64,000 bases of DNA, from contig CM075988.1 in NCBI GenBank assembly GCA_038087875.1, positions 930,001-994,000 on the forward strand, in the 5' to 3' direction. Under the pieces are notes generated by a model, which saw only the letters and a program-made list of their open reading frames with translations, did no database searches and was not told the DNA's origin. Below are positions 50,361-62,924 of the stretch, in pieces. The position numbers were made by a program, and so were the translations under genes. Origin of the DNA: Malacoraja senta. Taxonomy: Eukaryota. Every line of letters begins with the position of its first letter. Positions within the stretch are counted from its first letter, which is position 1.

Positions 50361-51825
50361 TAATGGAGTAATGTAACAGGGATAGAGTTCCGGAGTGGAA
50401 AAAATTAACAGAGGAAAATAAAGGAAAAGGAAAAGCGGAGACTTCGAAGTTTGTTTCAAGAGACTTTATTGCATGATATCATGGAGAGGCACTCACTACT
50501 GCGACAGTTCACTGCTCACTAGTTCTCTGACTTTGCAGCAGATTTCGCCGACAGTTATACTGTGCAGTAAACAACTTTTTTTGTTAGATACAATTATTCT
50601 ATTATTACCATCTACACGGCTACCAATTATTTCATTAGTCATAACATACTTTTTGTTTATGTCAATCTTATTCAACAGATGATTAATACAAGTCAAACAC
50701 AATACAAGGGCATCTTGACATTATTCTATCTCATCTTTCAAGCAGACCCTTCTCCGAGCCAATCATAAGCTCCCATTTACTGCAACATTTCTGCGCTACT
50801 AGTGGTAGGGGGTGCGGGTGGTCGACCCAACTATTGCTCTTGTGTTCACAGGGTTGACTATGGTGATCCAGCATTCTGTAACTTTCCACTGAAAAACAGG
50901 CTTCCTGTAGGAAGATTAGGATGTAGACTTGAGTTCACAAGCTCGCTCTTCTTTGTGTTTAGCAAACTTGTTTTCTTAATGCTATGGGCCACACCTGCAC
51001 CAGGCCTGTTTAGCCTTGCTCTGAAGGATACATTCACTGGAGTAAAGTTCGATTCCCACAGAGTGAAGTGCTGCCCATGTTGAAAGACAAAATGGAAGAA
51101 CAGCTCATTTCTTTGACATCGGGGATAGGGCCAGTGTACGCCTGGAATAAGGATTGTTCAACGTACCCTGCAAAGAGGCAGGAATAGCTGGGGCCCATGC
51201 GAGAGCCCATAGCTACACCTTTGATTTAATTTGGAATTGGGAGGAATCGAAGGAGATGTTTTAAAGGTGAGGATGAAGGTGAGGCGGAGAAGAATGTTAG
51301 TAGAGGGAAATTGGCTGGTTCTGCAGTCGAGGAAGTCTGCACTTTGAGTGCAGGTCGGACAAAGCAGCAGCGAGAACGACCGTTGGCTGGACTTGGTGAG
51401 TCACAGGTAGAGCAGGTATAAAAAGGGTGCAAACGGCACTTTAGCAGTCTTTGAGAACAGGTCGGACAAAGCAGCAGTGAGAACGGCCGTTGGCTGGACT
51501 TGGTGAGTCTTGAGTGCAGGTTTAAAAAGAGAGGAAACAGCACTTTAGTAGTCTTTGAGTGCAGGTCGGACAAAGCACATACTTCCAAGCTCATCAGAGG
51601 AAGGAAGGTTAGGAGTGAGTGTGGGGATTGGCTGAACAATTAGATTGGAAGATTGGTAAATTGGACAATTAGGCAATTTAGCATCTGATATAAGCAAGAC
51701 TTGCTCAAGGGGTGCGGGCGGCCCTGTCGAGGGAAGTGCCCTGTGATAAAAGTGTGAGTCTTTGGCGAGGAGGCTGAGGGAGGACGCTACACCAAACGCT
51801 GGAGAGGGAGAGACGAAAGAAGGAA

Positions 51826-52751
51826 ATGTCAAGCAAACTGATTCAGTGTGATGGTTACAGTATGTGGGAGGTCAAGGACACTGCTGGTGCCTCTGGCTGC
51901 TACAAATGTGACAAGTGCATCCAGGTACAGCTCCTGAAGGACCGTGTTGGGGAACTGGAGAAGCAAGTGGATGACCTCAGGTTCGTCTGAGAAACTGAGT
52001 CGTTACTCGACAAGTCCTACAGTAAGATTGTTACACCTAAGGTACTGGAAGAGAGAAGGTGGGTGACGGTGAGAAAGGGAGGGAAACATGGAATGCAAAC
52101 GTCCCCGGGTGTTGTACCTCTTGTGAACAGGTTCACCCACTTAGAAGCTGTCGGGACAGAAGACGTTATCACACTGAGCGGCGGACTGGCTTGCGAAGCA
52201 AAAAGGACTCTTGAGACAAAACCAAAGAGGCCAACGTCAGGCAACGCCAGTGTAGTTGGAGACTCCATTGTGAGAGGTATGGACAGGGGATTCTGCAGGA
52301 ACAGACGGGATTCGAGGATGGTGTGCTGCCTTCCTGGTGCCAGGATCCAGGATGTCACGGACCGAGTGCAGAAAATCCTCAAGGGCGAAGGTGAACAGCC
52401 GCAAGTGGTAGTGCATGTCGACACAAACGATGTCGGATGAAGGGGATGAATATTCTGCAGCGTGACTTTAGAGAGCTCGGAAAAATACTGAAACGCAGGA
52501 CCTCCAGGGTGGATATCTCCGGTTTGTTTCTAGTTCCTCGTGCTGGCGAGAGCAGGAACAGTAAGATACGGGACCTGAATGTGTGGCTGGGGAACTGGTG
52601 CAGGGGGCATGGATTTGGATTCTTAGACCACTGGGATCTGTTTTGGAGTAAGGGGGAACTGTACAAAAGGGACGGATTGCACCTTAACAGGTGGGGGACC
52701 AGCATTCTGGCAGGCAGGTTTGCCACTGCTACACGGGTGGTTTTAAACTGA
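51826..52751 (+). pseudogene. CR1-A ORF1 (Cys-rich/coiled coil plus SGNH esterase), disrupted
   Basis: MSSKLIQCDG...CDKC...LEKQVDDL; VVGDSIVRG, CLPGA, HVDTND, DGLHLN; one stop and one frameshift. Confidence 0.88.
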
Positions 52752-53908
52752 ATAAGGGGGGTGGGGTGTCAAATGGGATAGTCGAGGATGGAGTTAAAGG
52801 GAAAGAGTGTAAAGGGATAGTTAATGACCCCAGAATTAACGGGAAGAAAGCTCACAAAGGGATAGGAGAGTATGGCCAAGGGTAATAGGGATCGATGTGA
52901 AAGGTGAGATGCGTAAGGAATTAAAAGTATTGTATATGAATGCGCGAAGTATAAGAAGTAAAGTAGATGAGCTTGAGGCTCAGTTAGAGGTTGGTAGATA
53001 TGACATTGTGGGGATTACTGAGACGTGGCTGCAGGAGGATCGGGTCTGGGAACTTAATATTCAGGGTTATACATCCTATAGAAAGGACAGGCAGGTGGGC
53101 AGAGGAGGGGGGGGGGGTAGCTCTGCTGGTGAGGGATGGAATTCAGTCCCTTGCGAGGGAAGACATAGGGACTGACGAGGTAAAGTCACTGTGGATTGAG
53201 TTGAGGAATTGTAAAGGCAAGAAGACACTAATTGGTGTTAGCTACAGACCCCCAAATAGTAGCCCGGATGTAGGGTGTAAGTTGCAGCAGGAGTTAAAAC
53301 TGGCATGTAACAAAGGTAATGCCACTGTGGTGATGGGGGATTTCAATATGCAGGTGGACTGGGAAAATCAGGTTGGTTCAGGACCCCAAGAAAGAGAGTT
53401 TGTAGAATGCCTCCGAGATGGATTCTTAGAGCAGCTTGTAATGGAGCCGACCAGAGAAAAGGCAATTCTGGATTTAGTGTTGTCCAATGAAACAGATATG
53501 ATAAAGAGAACTCGAGGTAAAGGAACCGCTTGGAGGTAATGATCATAATATGATTAGTTTTAATCTGCAATTTGAGAAGGAGAAGGTTAAATCGGAAATG
53601 TCAGTGATGCAGTTGAACGAAGGGGACTGTGAAGACATGAGAGAGGAGCTGGCCAAGGTAGACTGGAAAGGGATCCTAGCAGGAATGACGGTGGAACAGC
53701 AATGGCAGGAATTTCTGGGCATAATCCGGAAGACGCAGGATCATTTCATTCCAAAAAGGAAGAAAGATTCACTGGGGAGTAGGAGGCAACCGTGGCTGAC
53801 AAGAGAAGTTAGGGATAGAATAAACTAAAAGAAAAGATGTATAACACAGCAAAGAGTAGCCGGAAGCCAAAGGATTGGGAAACTTTCATAGGACAACAGT
53901 AGGAAACA

Positions 53909-55323
53909 GGAGATTGTTTGTGTCTTCCTTAGTGAAGACAGATCCGAAGTACCTATTCAATTCTTCTGCCATTTCCTTGTTGCCCATAATAATTTCACCT
54001 GTGTCTGCCTTCAAGGGACCCACATTTGACTTTGATACTCTTTTTCCCTTAACATATCTAAAGAAGCTTTTTACTGTCCTTTATATTCCCGGCCAGCTTA
54101 CCCTCGTACTTCATCTTTTCAGCCTGTATTGCCCGTTTTGTTTCCTTCTGCTGTCCTATGAAAGTTTCCCAATCCTCTGGCTTCCGGCTACTCTTTGCTG
54201 TGTTATACATCTTTTCTTTTAGTTTTATTCTATCCCTAACTTCTCTTGTCAGCCACGGTTGCCTCCTACTCCCCATAGAATCTTTCTTCCTTTTTGGAAT
54301 GAAATGATCCTGCGTCTTCCCGATTATGCCCAGAAATTCCTGCCATTGCTGTTCCACCGTCATTCCTGCTAGGATCCCTTTCCAGCCTACCTTGGCCAGC
54401 TCCCCTCTCATGCCTTCATTGTCCCCTTTGTTCAACTGCATCACTGACACTTCCGATTTAACCTTCTCCTTCTTAAATTGCAGATTAAAACTAATCATAT
54501 TATGATCACTACCTCCAAGCGGTTCCTTTACCTCAAGTTCTCTTATCATATCTGGTTCATTGGACAACACTAAATCCCGGATTGCCTTTTCTCTGGTCAG
54601 CTCCATTACAAGCTGCTCTAAGAATCCATCTCGGAGGCATTCTACAAACTCTCTTTCTTGGGGTCCTGAACCAACCTGATTTTCCCACTCTACCTGCATA
54701 TTGAAATCCCCCATCACCATAGTGGCATTACCTTTGTTACATGCCAGTTTTAACTCCTGCTGCAACTTACACCCTACATCCGGGCTACTATTTGGGGGTC
54801 TGTAGATAACATCAATTAATGTCTCCTTGCCTTTACAATTCTTCAACTCAATCCACAGTGACTCCACCTCCTCAGTCCCCATGTCTTCCCTCGCAAGGGA
54901 CTGAATACCATCCCTCACCAGCAGAGCTACCCCCCCTCCTCTGCCCACCTGCCTGTCCTTTCTATAGGATGTATAACCCTGAATATTAAGTTCCCAGGCC
55001 CGATCCTCCTGCAGCCACGTCTCAGTAATCCCCACAATGTCATATCTACCAACCTCTAACTGAGCCTCAAGCTCATCTACTTTACTTATTATACTTCGTG
55101 CATTCATATACAATACTTTTAATTCCTTACGCATCTCACCTTTCACATCGATCCCTATTACACTTGGCCATACTCTCCTATCCCTTTGTGAGTTTCCTTT
55201 CCTGTTAATTCTGGGGTCATTAACTATCCCTTTACTCTCTTTCCCTTTAACTCCGTCCTCGACTATCCCATTTGACACCCCACCCCCCTTATTCAGTTTA
55301 AAACCACCCGTGTAGCAGTGGCA
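53909..55323 (-). mobile_element. Inverted CR1-A segment (ORF1 end plus endonuclease)
   Basis: Reverse complement of 52721-53908 plus 55324-55541; APE frame open. Confidence 0.92.
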
Positions 55324-57185
55324 TACGGATGAAAAGATGAAGTACGAGGGGAAGCTGGCCAGGAATATAAAGGACAGTAAAAGCTTCTTTAGATATGTTA
55401 AGGGAAAAAGAGTAGCAAAGTCAAATGTGGGTCCCTTTAAGGCAGACACAGGTGAAATTATTATGAGTAACAAGGAAATGGCAGAAGAGTTGAACAGGTA
55501 CTTCGGATCTGTCTTCACTAAGGAAGACACAAACAATCTCCCAGATGTACTGGAGGACAGAGGATCTAAGGGGGTAGAGGAACTGAAAGAAATTTTCATT
55601 AGGCGAGAAATAGTATTGGATAGGCTAATGGGACTGAAGGATGATAAATCCCCTGGGCCTGATGGTCTGCATCCCAGGGTCGTCAGGGAGGTGGCTCTAG
55701 AAATAGTGGACGCATTGGTGATTATTTTCCAATGTTCGATCGATTCAAGATCAGTTCCTGTGGATTGGAGAATAGCTAATGCTATCCCACTTTTCAAGAA
55801 AGGAGCGAGAGAGAGAAAACGGGGAATTACAGACCAGTTAGCCTGACATCGGTGGTGGGAAAGATGCTGGAGTCAATTATTAAAGAGGTAATAATGGGGC
55901 ATTTGGATAGCAGTAAAAGGATTAGTCCAAGTCAACATGGATTTATGAAAGGGAAATCATGCTTGACTAATCTTCTGGAATTTTTTGAGGATGTGACAAG
56001 TAAAATGGATGAAGGGGTGCCAGTGGATGTAGTGTATCTAGACTTTCAGAAAGCCTTTGATATGGGAGACTGATGACTAAAATTAGAGCACATGGTATTG
56101 GGGGTAGGGTGTTGACATGGATAGAAAATTGGTTGGCAGACAGGAAGCAAAGAGTAAGAGTGAACGGGTCCTTTTCAGAATGGCAGGCAGTGGTGAGTGG
56201 AGTGCCGCAAGGCTCGGTGTTGGGGCCGCAACTGTTTACCATATATATTAATGATTTGGAAGAGGGAATTAGCAACACTAGCAAGTTTGCGGATGACACA
56301 AAGCTGGGTGGCAGTGTGAACTGTGATGAGGATGTTAGGAGGTTGCAGGGTGACCTGGACAGGTTGAGTGAGTGGGCAAATGCGTTGCAGATGCAGTATA
56401 ATATAGATAAATGTGAGGTTATCCACTTTGGCGGCAAAAATAAGGGGGCGGATTATTATCTCAATGGGGTTGGATTTGGCAAGGGGGAGGTGCAACAAGA
56501 CCTAGGCGTCCTTGTTCACCAGTCATTGAAAGTTGGCATGCTGGTACAGCAGGCAGTGAAGAAAGTTAATGGAATGTTGGCCTTCATAACAAGAGGATTT
56601 CAGTACAGGAGTAAAGAGGTTCTTCTGCCGTTTGATAGGGCTCTGGTGAGACCACATCTGGAGTATTGTGTCCAGTTTTGGTCTCCGAATTTGAGGAAGG
56701 ACATCCTTGTGATTGAGAGTGCAGCATAGGTTCACGAGATTGATCACTGGGATGGCGGGACTGTCATATGAGGAAAGATTGAAAAGACTAGGCTTGTATT
56801 CACTGGAGTTTAGAAGGATGAGGGGGATCTTATTGAAACATATAAAATTATAAAGGGACTGGACAAGCTAGATGCAGGAAAAATGTTCCCAATGTTGGGC
56901 AAGTCCAGAACCAGGGGCCACAGTCTTAGAATAAAGGGGAAGCCAATTAAGACTGAGGTGAGAAAAAACTTTTTCACCCAGAGAGTTGTGAAATTGTGGA
57001 ATTCCCTGCCACAGAGGGCAGTGGAGGCCAAGTCACTGGATGGATTTAAGAGAGAGTTAGATAGAGCTCTAGGGGCTAGTGAAATCAAGGGATATGGGGA
57101 GAAGGCAGGCACGGGTTAGTGATTGGGGACGCTGGCTCGAAGGGCTGAATGGCCTCCTCCTGCACCTATTTTCTATGTTTCTATG

Positions 57186-58055
57186 AGGAAGAAACAGAGG
57201 GCTTTAAGGCCTTCAAGGTGGGGTATAGAAGTGTCGAGTATCTGAACCTCCATAGTAAAGATGAGGGAGTGGGGGCTCGGAAGGCAGCTCATTAAAGAGA
57301 TAAAGGGCATGTGAGGTATCTTGGACATAGGTCGGGAGAGATTGGACAAGGGGCGATAGGATAGAGTCGAGGTACGTGGAAATCATTTCAGTGAGGTAGG
57401 AGCAGGCAGAAACAATGGGTCTGCCAGGGCAGTTGTGTTTATGGATTTTGGGGAGAAAGTAAAAACGGGCCGTGCGGGGCTGGGAAATGGTAAGGTTGGA
57501 AGCTGTGGAGGGTGTGATAAGCTGGAAATGATAAAATCAGAAATGGTCTGAGAGATTATGGCCTGGTGCTCATCTGTGGGGTCATGGTCCAAGGATAAGT
57601 AGGAGATGTCTGGCGCCTGGCCTCAGTGCGGTAGAGGTCTGCTCACCAGAGTACCACAGCACCTCCCTAGCCGGCGGGTTTGATGATAATGTCAGGGTTG
57701 CTGCAGAGTGAACAGAGGGCTGTACGTTCAGAGGGAGGGGTGTGGAAAAGTTGAGTTGATTAATATCATGTCGGCAGTTAGAAATGAAGAGGGTAGAAGG
57801 CCGTCCAGCGGAGTCCAAGAGGAGGGGCCGGGCGGAAAGGGAAGAAGGGATCATCACTGGGTGGAGAGGACCCCCTTCCCATAGAAAAGGGCAGAGAGAC
57901 GGAGGCGACGGAAGAAATGCTCTATGTCATGGCGGACCTGGAACTCAATGAGGTGGGGGCGGAGGGGAACGAAGGGGAGGGTTTGAGGACAGGCGGAAAG
58001 GGGGAGGCCAGGGGGGATGGTGAAGACATAACATGGGTGGAGGTTGGGGTCAGAG
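57186..58055 (-). mobile_element. Penelope-like element N-terminal fragment
   Basis: FVPLRP...DIEHFFRRLRL; degenerate KPADKGGAVV motif. Confidence 0.7.
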
Positions 58056-58322
58056 GAGTTGTACCTGGCAGGTTGTGTCTCACTAATTTGATTGAATATT
58101 TTGAGGAGCTGATAAAGATGATCGATAAGGGTAGCGTACATGATGTTGTCAACATGGACTTTTGTAAGGCATTTGATGGTGTTCCAGAAGATTAAGATGG
58201 ATAGGATCAACAGTGACTTGGTAATACAGATTCAGAACTGTCTTAATGATAGAAGACATGGCATTGTGGTAGAAGGACAATATTCAGGCTGGAGGTCTGT
58301 GACCAGTAGGTTCCCGCATGGA

Positions 58323-61300
58323 TCTTTGAGTACTGTTGAGGGGGACAGCCTTCCTGCGGGTAGCAACAGCGGCCGGGCCTCCGGCACAGAGACCAGCCCT
58401 ATTGCTCAGAAGGGTAGGGAAAAGAAGAGGAGGGCAATAGTAATAGGGGACTCTATGGTAAGGGGGTCAGATAGGCGATTCTGTGGACGCAGTCAGGAGA
58501 CCCGAATGGTAGTTTGCCTCCCTGGTGCCAGGGTCAGGGATGTGTTTGAACGCGTCCAAGATATCCTGAAATCGGAGGGAGAGGAGCCTGAGGTTGTGGT
58601 ACATATAGGTACCAATGACATAGGTAGAAAAAGAGAAGAGGTCTTGAAAGGAGAATTTAGGGAGTTGGGAGGAGAGTTAAGGAGAAGGTCTACAAAGGTA
58701 ACAATCTCAGGATTACTACCTGTGCCACGTGACGGTGAGAGTAGGAATGGAGTGAGGTGGAGGATAAATGCGTGGCTGAGGAACTGGTGCAGCGGGCAGG
58801 GATTCAAATTTCTGGATCATTGGGACCTCTTTTGGGGAAGGAGTGACCTGTACAGAAAGGACGGGTTGCACTTGAACCCGAGGGGGACCAATATCCTGGC
58901 GGGGAGATTTGCAAAGGCTACTGGGGAGACTTTAAACTAGAACGGTTGGGGGGAGGGACTCAAATAGAGAAAGCTAGTGGAAAATGTGGGAGGCAGGAGG
59001 CAGAGAAGGGAAGCACTCGGACCCAAAATGTAGGGGAGAAAGAAGAAAAAGATAATAAACAGAGAATAAGTGGTGGTGGGTTTCTTAAATGTGTATATTT
59101 TAATGCTAGGAGCATTGTAAGAAAGGTGGATGAGCTTAGAGCCTGGATTGACACCTGGAAGTATGATGTTGTGGCGATCAGTGAAACATGGTTGCAGGAG
59201 GGCTGTGATTGGCAAATAAATATTCCTGGATTTCGTTGCTTCAGGGGTGATAGAATTGGAGGGGCAAGAGGTGGGGGTGTTGCATTGCTTGTCAAGGAAG
59301 ATATTACAGCAGTGCTTTGGCAGGATAGATTAGAGGGCTCGTCTAGGGAGGCTATTTGGGTGGAACTGAGAAATGGGAAAGGTGTAGCAACACTTATAGG
59401 GGTGTATTATAGACCGCCAAATGGGGAGCGAGAATTGGAAGAGCAAATATGTAAGGAGATAGCAGATATTAGTAGTAAGCACAAGGTAGTGATTGTGGGA
59501 GATTTCAATTTTCCACACATAGACTGGGAAACACATTCTGTAAAATGGCTGGATGGTTTGGAGTTTGTAAAATGTGTGCAAGATAGTTTTTTGCAGCAAT
59601 ACATAGAGGTACCTACTAGAGAAGGGGCAGTGCTGGACCTCCTGTTAGGAAATGAGACAGGGCAGGTGGCGGAGGTATGCGTCGGGGAGCACTTCGGGTC
59701 CAGTGATCACAATACCATTAGTTTCAATATAATTATGGAGAGGGTCAGAACTGGACCTAGGGTTGAGATTTTTGTTTGGAGAAAGGCTAACTTTGAGGAG
59801 ATGCGAAAGGATTTAAAAGGAGTGAATTGGGACATGTTGTTTTATGGGAAGGATGTAGAAGAAAAATGGAGGACATTTAAGGGTGAAATTTTAAGAGTAC
59901 AGAATCTTTATGTCCCTGTTCGGTTGAAAGGAAATAGTAAAAAATGGAAAGAGCCATGGTTTTCAAGGGAAATTGGACACTTGGTTTGGAAAAAGAGATC
60001 TACAATAATTATAGGCAGCATGGAGTAAATGAGGTGCTTGAGGAGTATAAAGAATGTAAAAAGAATATTAAGAAAGAAATTAAAAAGCTAAAAGAAGATA
60101 AGAGGTTGCTTTGGCAAGTAAGGTGAAAGTAAATCCAAAGGGTTTCTACAGCTATATTAATAGCAAAAGGATAACAAGGAATAAAATCGGTCCATTAGAG
60201 AGTCAGAGTGGACAGCTATCTGCAGAGCCAAAAGAGATGGGGGAGATATTGAACAATTTCTTTTCTTCGGTATTCACGAAGGAGAAGGATATGGAATTAT
60301 GTGAGGTAAGGGAAACGAGCAGAGTAGCAATGGAAACTGTGAGATTCAAAGAAGAGGAGGTGTGGACACTTTTGAAAAATATGAAAACGGATAAGTCTCC
60401 AGGTCCTGACAGGATATTCCCTAGGACATTGAGGGAAGTTAGTGTAGAAATAGCAGGGTCTATGACAGAAATATTTCAAATGTCATTAGAAACGGGAATA
60501 GTGCCGGAGGATTGGCGTACTGCGCATGTTGTTCCGTTGTTTAAAAAGGGTTCGAAGAGTAAACCTAGCAATTATAGACCTGTTAGTTTGACGTCAGTGG
60601 TGGGCAAATTAATGGAAAGGATACTTAAAGATAATATATATAAGCATCTGGATAAGCAGGGTCTGATTAGGAACAGTCAACATGGATTTGTGCCTGGAAG
60701 GTCATGCTTGACTAATCTTCTTGAATTTTTCGAAGAGGTTACTAGGGAAATTGATGAGGGTACAGCAGTGGATGTTGTCTATTTGGACTTCAGTAAGGCC
60801 TTTGACAAGGTTCCTCATGGAAGGTTGGTTAAGAAGATTCAATTGTTGGGTATTAATGGTGGAGTAGCAAGATGGATTCAACAGTGGCTGAATGGGAGAT
60901 GCCAGAGAGTAATGGTGGATGGCTGTTTGTCAGTTTGGAGGCCGGTGACTAGTGGGCTGCCTCAGGGGTCTGTGTTGGGTCCACTGTTGTTTGTCATGTA
61001 CATCAATGATCTGGATGAAGGTGTGGAAAATTGGATTAGTAAGTATGCAGATGATACTAAGATAGGTGGTGTTGTGGATAATGAAGTAGATTTTCAAAGT
61101 CTACAGAGAGATTTAGGCCATTTGGAAGAGTGGGCTGAAAGATGGCAGATGGAGTTTAATGCTGACAAATGTGAGGTGCTACATCTCGGCAGGACAAATC
61201 AAAATAGGACGTACACGGTAAATGGTAGCGAATTGAGGAATGCAGTTGAACAGAGGGATCTAGGAATAACTGTGCATAGTTCCCTGAAGGTGGAATCTCA

Positions 61301-61986
61301 TGTAGATAGGGTGGTAAAGAAAGCTTTTGGTGTGCTGGCCTTTATAAATCAGAGCATTGAATATAGAAGTTGGGATGTAATGTTAAAATTGTACAAGGCA
61401 TTGGTGAGGCCAATTCTGGAGTATGGAGTACAATTTTGGTCGCCTAATTATTGGAAGGATGTCAACAAAATAGAGAGAGTACAGAGGAGATTTACTAGAA
61501 TGTTGCCTGGGTTTCAGCAACTAAGTTACAGAGAAAGGTTGAACAAGTTAGGTCTTTATTCTTTGGAGCGCAGAAGGTTAAGAGGGGACTTGATAGAGGT
61601 CTTTAAAATTATGAGCGGGTTAGACAGAGTGGACGTGGATAAGCTTTTCCCATTGAGAGTAGGGAAGATTCAAACAAGGGGACATGACTTGAGAATTAAG
61701 GGACAGAAGTTTAGGGGGAACTACTTTACTCAGAGAGTGGTAGCTGTGTGGAATGAACTTCCAGTGGAAGTGGTGGAGGCAGGTTCGATGTTATCCTTTA
61801 AAAATAGATTGGATGGGTATATGGACGGGAAAGGAATGGAGGGTTATGGTCTGAGTGCAGGTAGATGGGACTAGGAGGAAGTATTTATTTTTAATTTAAA
61901 AAAAAAAAATGTTTTTTAAATGTTCGGCACGGACTTGAAGGGCCGAGATGGCCTGTTTCCGTGCTGTTATGGTTATATGGTTATAT
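58323..61986 (+). mobile_element. CR1 family B: ORF1 esterase, APE and RT; 5'-truncated
   Basis: IGDSMVRG/HIGTND/DGLHLN; APE 58946-60028; RT 60111-61874 with YADD; two small deletions near 59990-60090 break ORF2; (GGTTATAT)n tail. Confidence 0.95.
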
Positions 61987-62821
61987 CTTGCTGGGACTTT
62001 GGGTGTTTGTGAGATGACTTCAACGTAAATGTAGATGGGTTGTTTCGTAAGTTTGCAAATGACACCATGATTGCTGGGGTCATGGACTGTGAGTAAGGCT
62101 GTCAAGCTATCTGGCAGTATAAAGATCAGCTGCAGAAATGGGCAGTGAAATTGCAGATGTCCTTTGACCCGAGCATGTATGAGGTGTTGCACTTTGGGAG
62201 GTCAAGTGAAAGGGTAAAATATACCATTAATGACTTGACCCTTCAACAACATTGATGTACAATCAGGTCTCATCAGGGCTCCTCCGCCATTCAATCATGA
62301 CTGATCATTTCCTTCTCAACCCCATACTTCTACCTTTGCCCCATAACCCCTGACACCCTTCCCAATCAAGAAATATCCTCTTAAAAATAATTACTATAAA
62401 AATTAGTGGTTCTACCTGATGATCTCCAGGTAACCAACACTTTCTGATCACTTGTCCCTCAGAAATGCAATGCAAAGCTGTCATGATTTGGTGAGGTAAC
62501 CGCGATAGCCTTCAGCAGCTATCACTGGAATGCATACTGATTGCCAGACTGATGTATGTATGTCTGCAGCAGGCAGCAACAAACGCTGTGAGCCTTCAGC
62601 CAGCTCACCTTGTAGAGCAGGCAGCTCATCTGCGTGGGAAGCCTAGTGTTTTGCTCATCTGCTCTGAAATTAAAATGTGTAAATCAGATTCTTCTCATTG
62701 TCCACACCAGCCCTGCCACTTTGCTCAAGTGTAACCAGAATAATCCAATTCCATGACCACAAAAACTATTCTTGGGAAGCAATCAGGATCGACAAAGAAT
62801 CTCATTTCAAGCAGTTATTAA

Positions 62822-62924
62822 CGGCGGGTAGACACAAAATGCTGGAGTAACTCAGCTGGACAGGCAGCATCTCTGGAGAGAAGGAATGGGTAACGTTTTG
62901 GGTCCAGACCCTTCTTCAGACTGA
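62822..62924 (-). mobile_element. Short Penelope terminal-repeat insertion with mutated hammerhead core
   Basis: TSD AGTTATTAA (62813-62821, 62925-62933); CUGAAGA...AAAAC-GUU. Confidence 0.8.

Larger units (their letters stand above)
51340..57185 (+). mobile_element. Near full-length CR1 family A with internal inverted insertion
   Basis: Repeated 5' UTR 51340-51580; ORF1; APE (YMNARSI, ITETWL, GDFN, DH); RT (KFADD); (TTTCTATG)n tail. Confidence 0.93.

Noticed and set aside
50372..50890. Possible solo LTR (TGTAACA end, minus-strand AATAAA)
   Set aside because: No matching second terminus or TSD found
54058..55797. 579-aa minus-strand ORF as a novel gene
   Set aside because: Chimera of antisense CR1 ORF2 and the inverted APE segment across the 55323 junction
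58430..58940. Link between the CR1 ORF1 SGNH esterase and the host SGNH-type esterase SIAE
   Set aside because: Esterase domains are a known feature of CR1 ORF1; no shared sequence or splice link seen, so co-location looks coincidental
60111..61874. Active autonomous LINE
   Set aside because: RT frame is open, but the element is 5'-truncated and ORF2 is broken by a frameshift-induced stop at 60028
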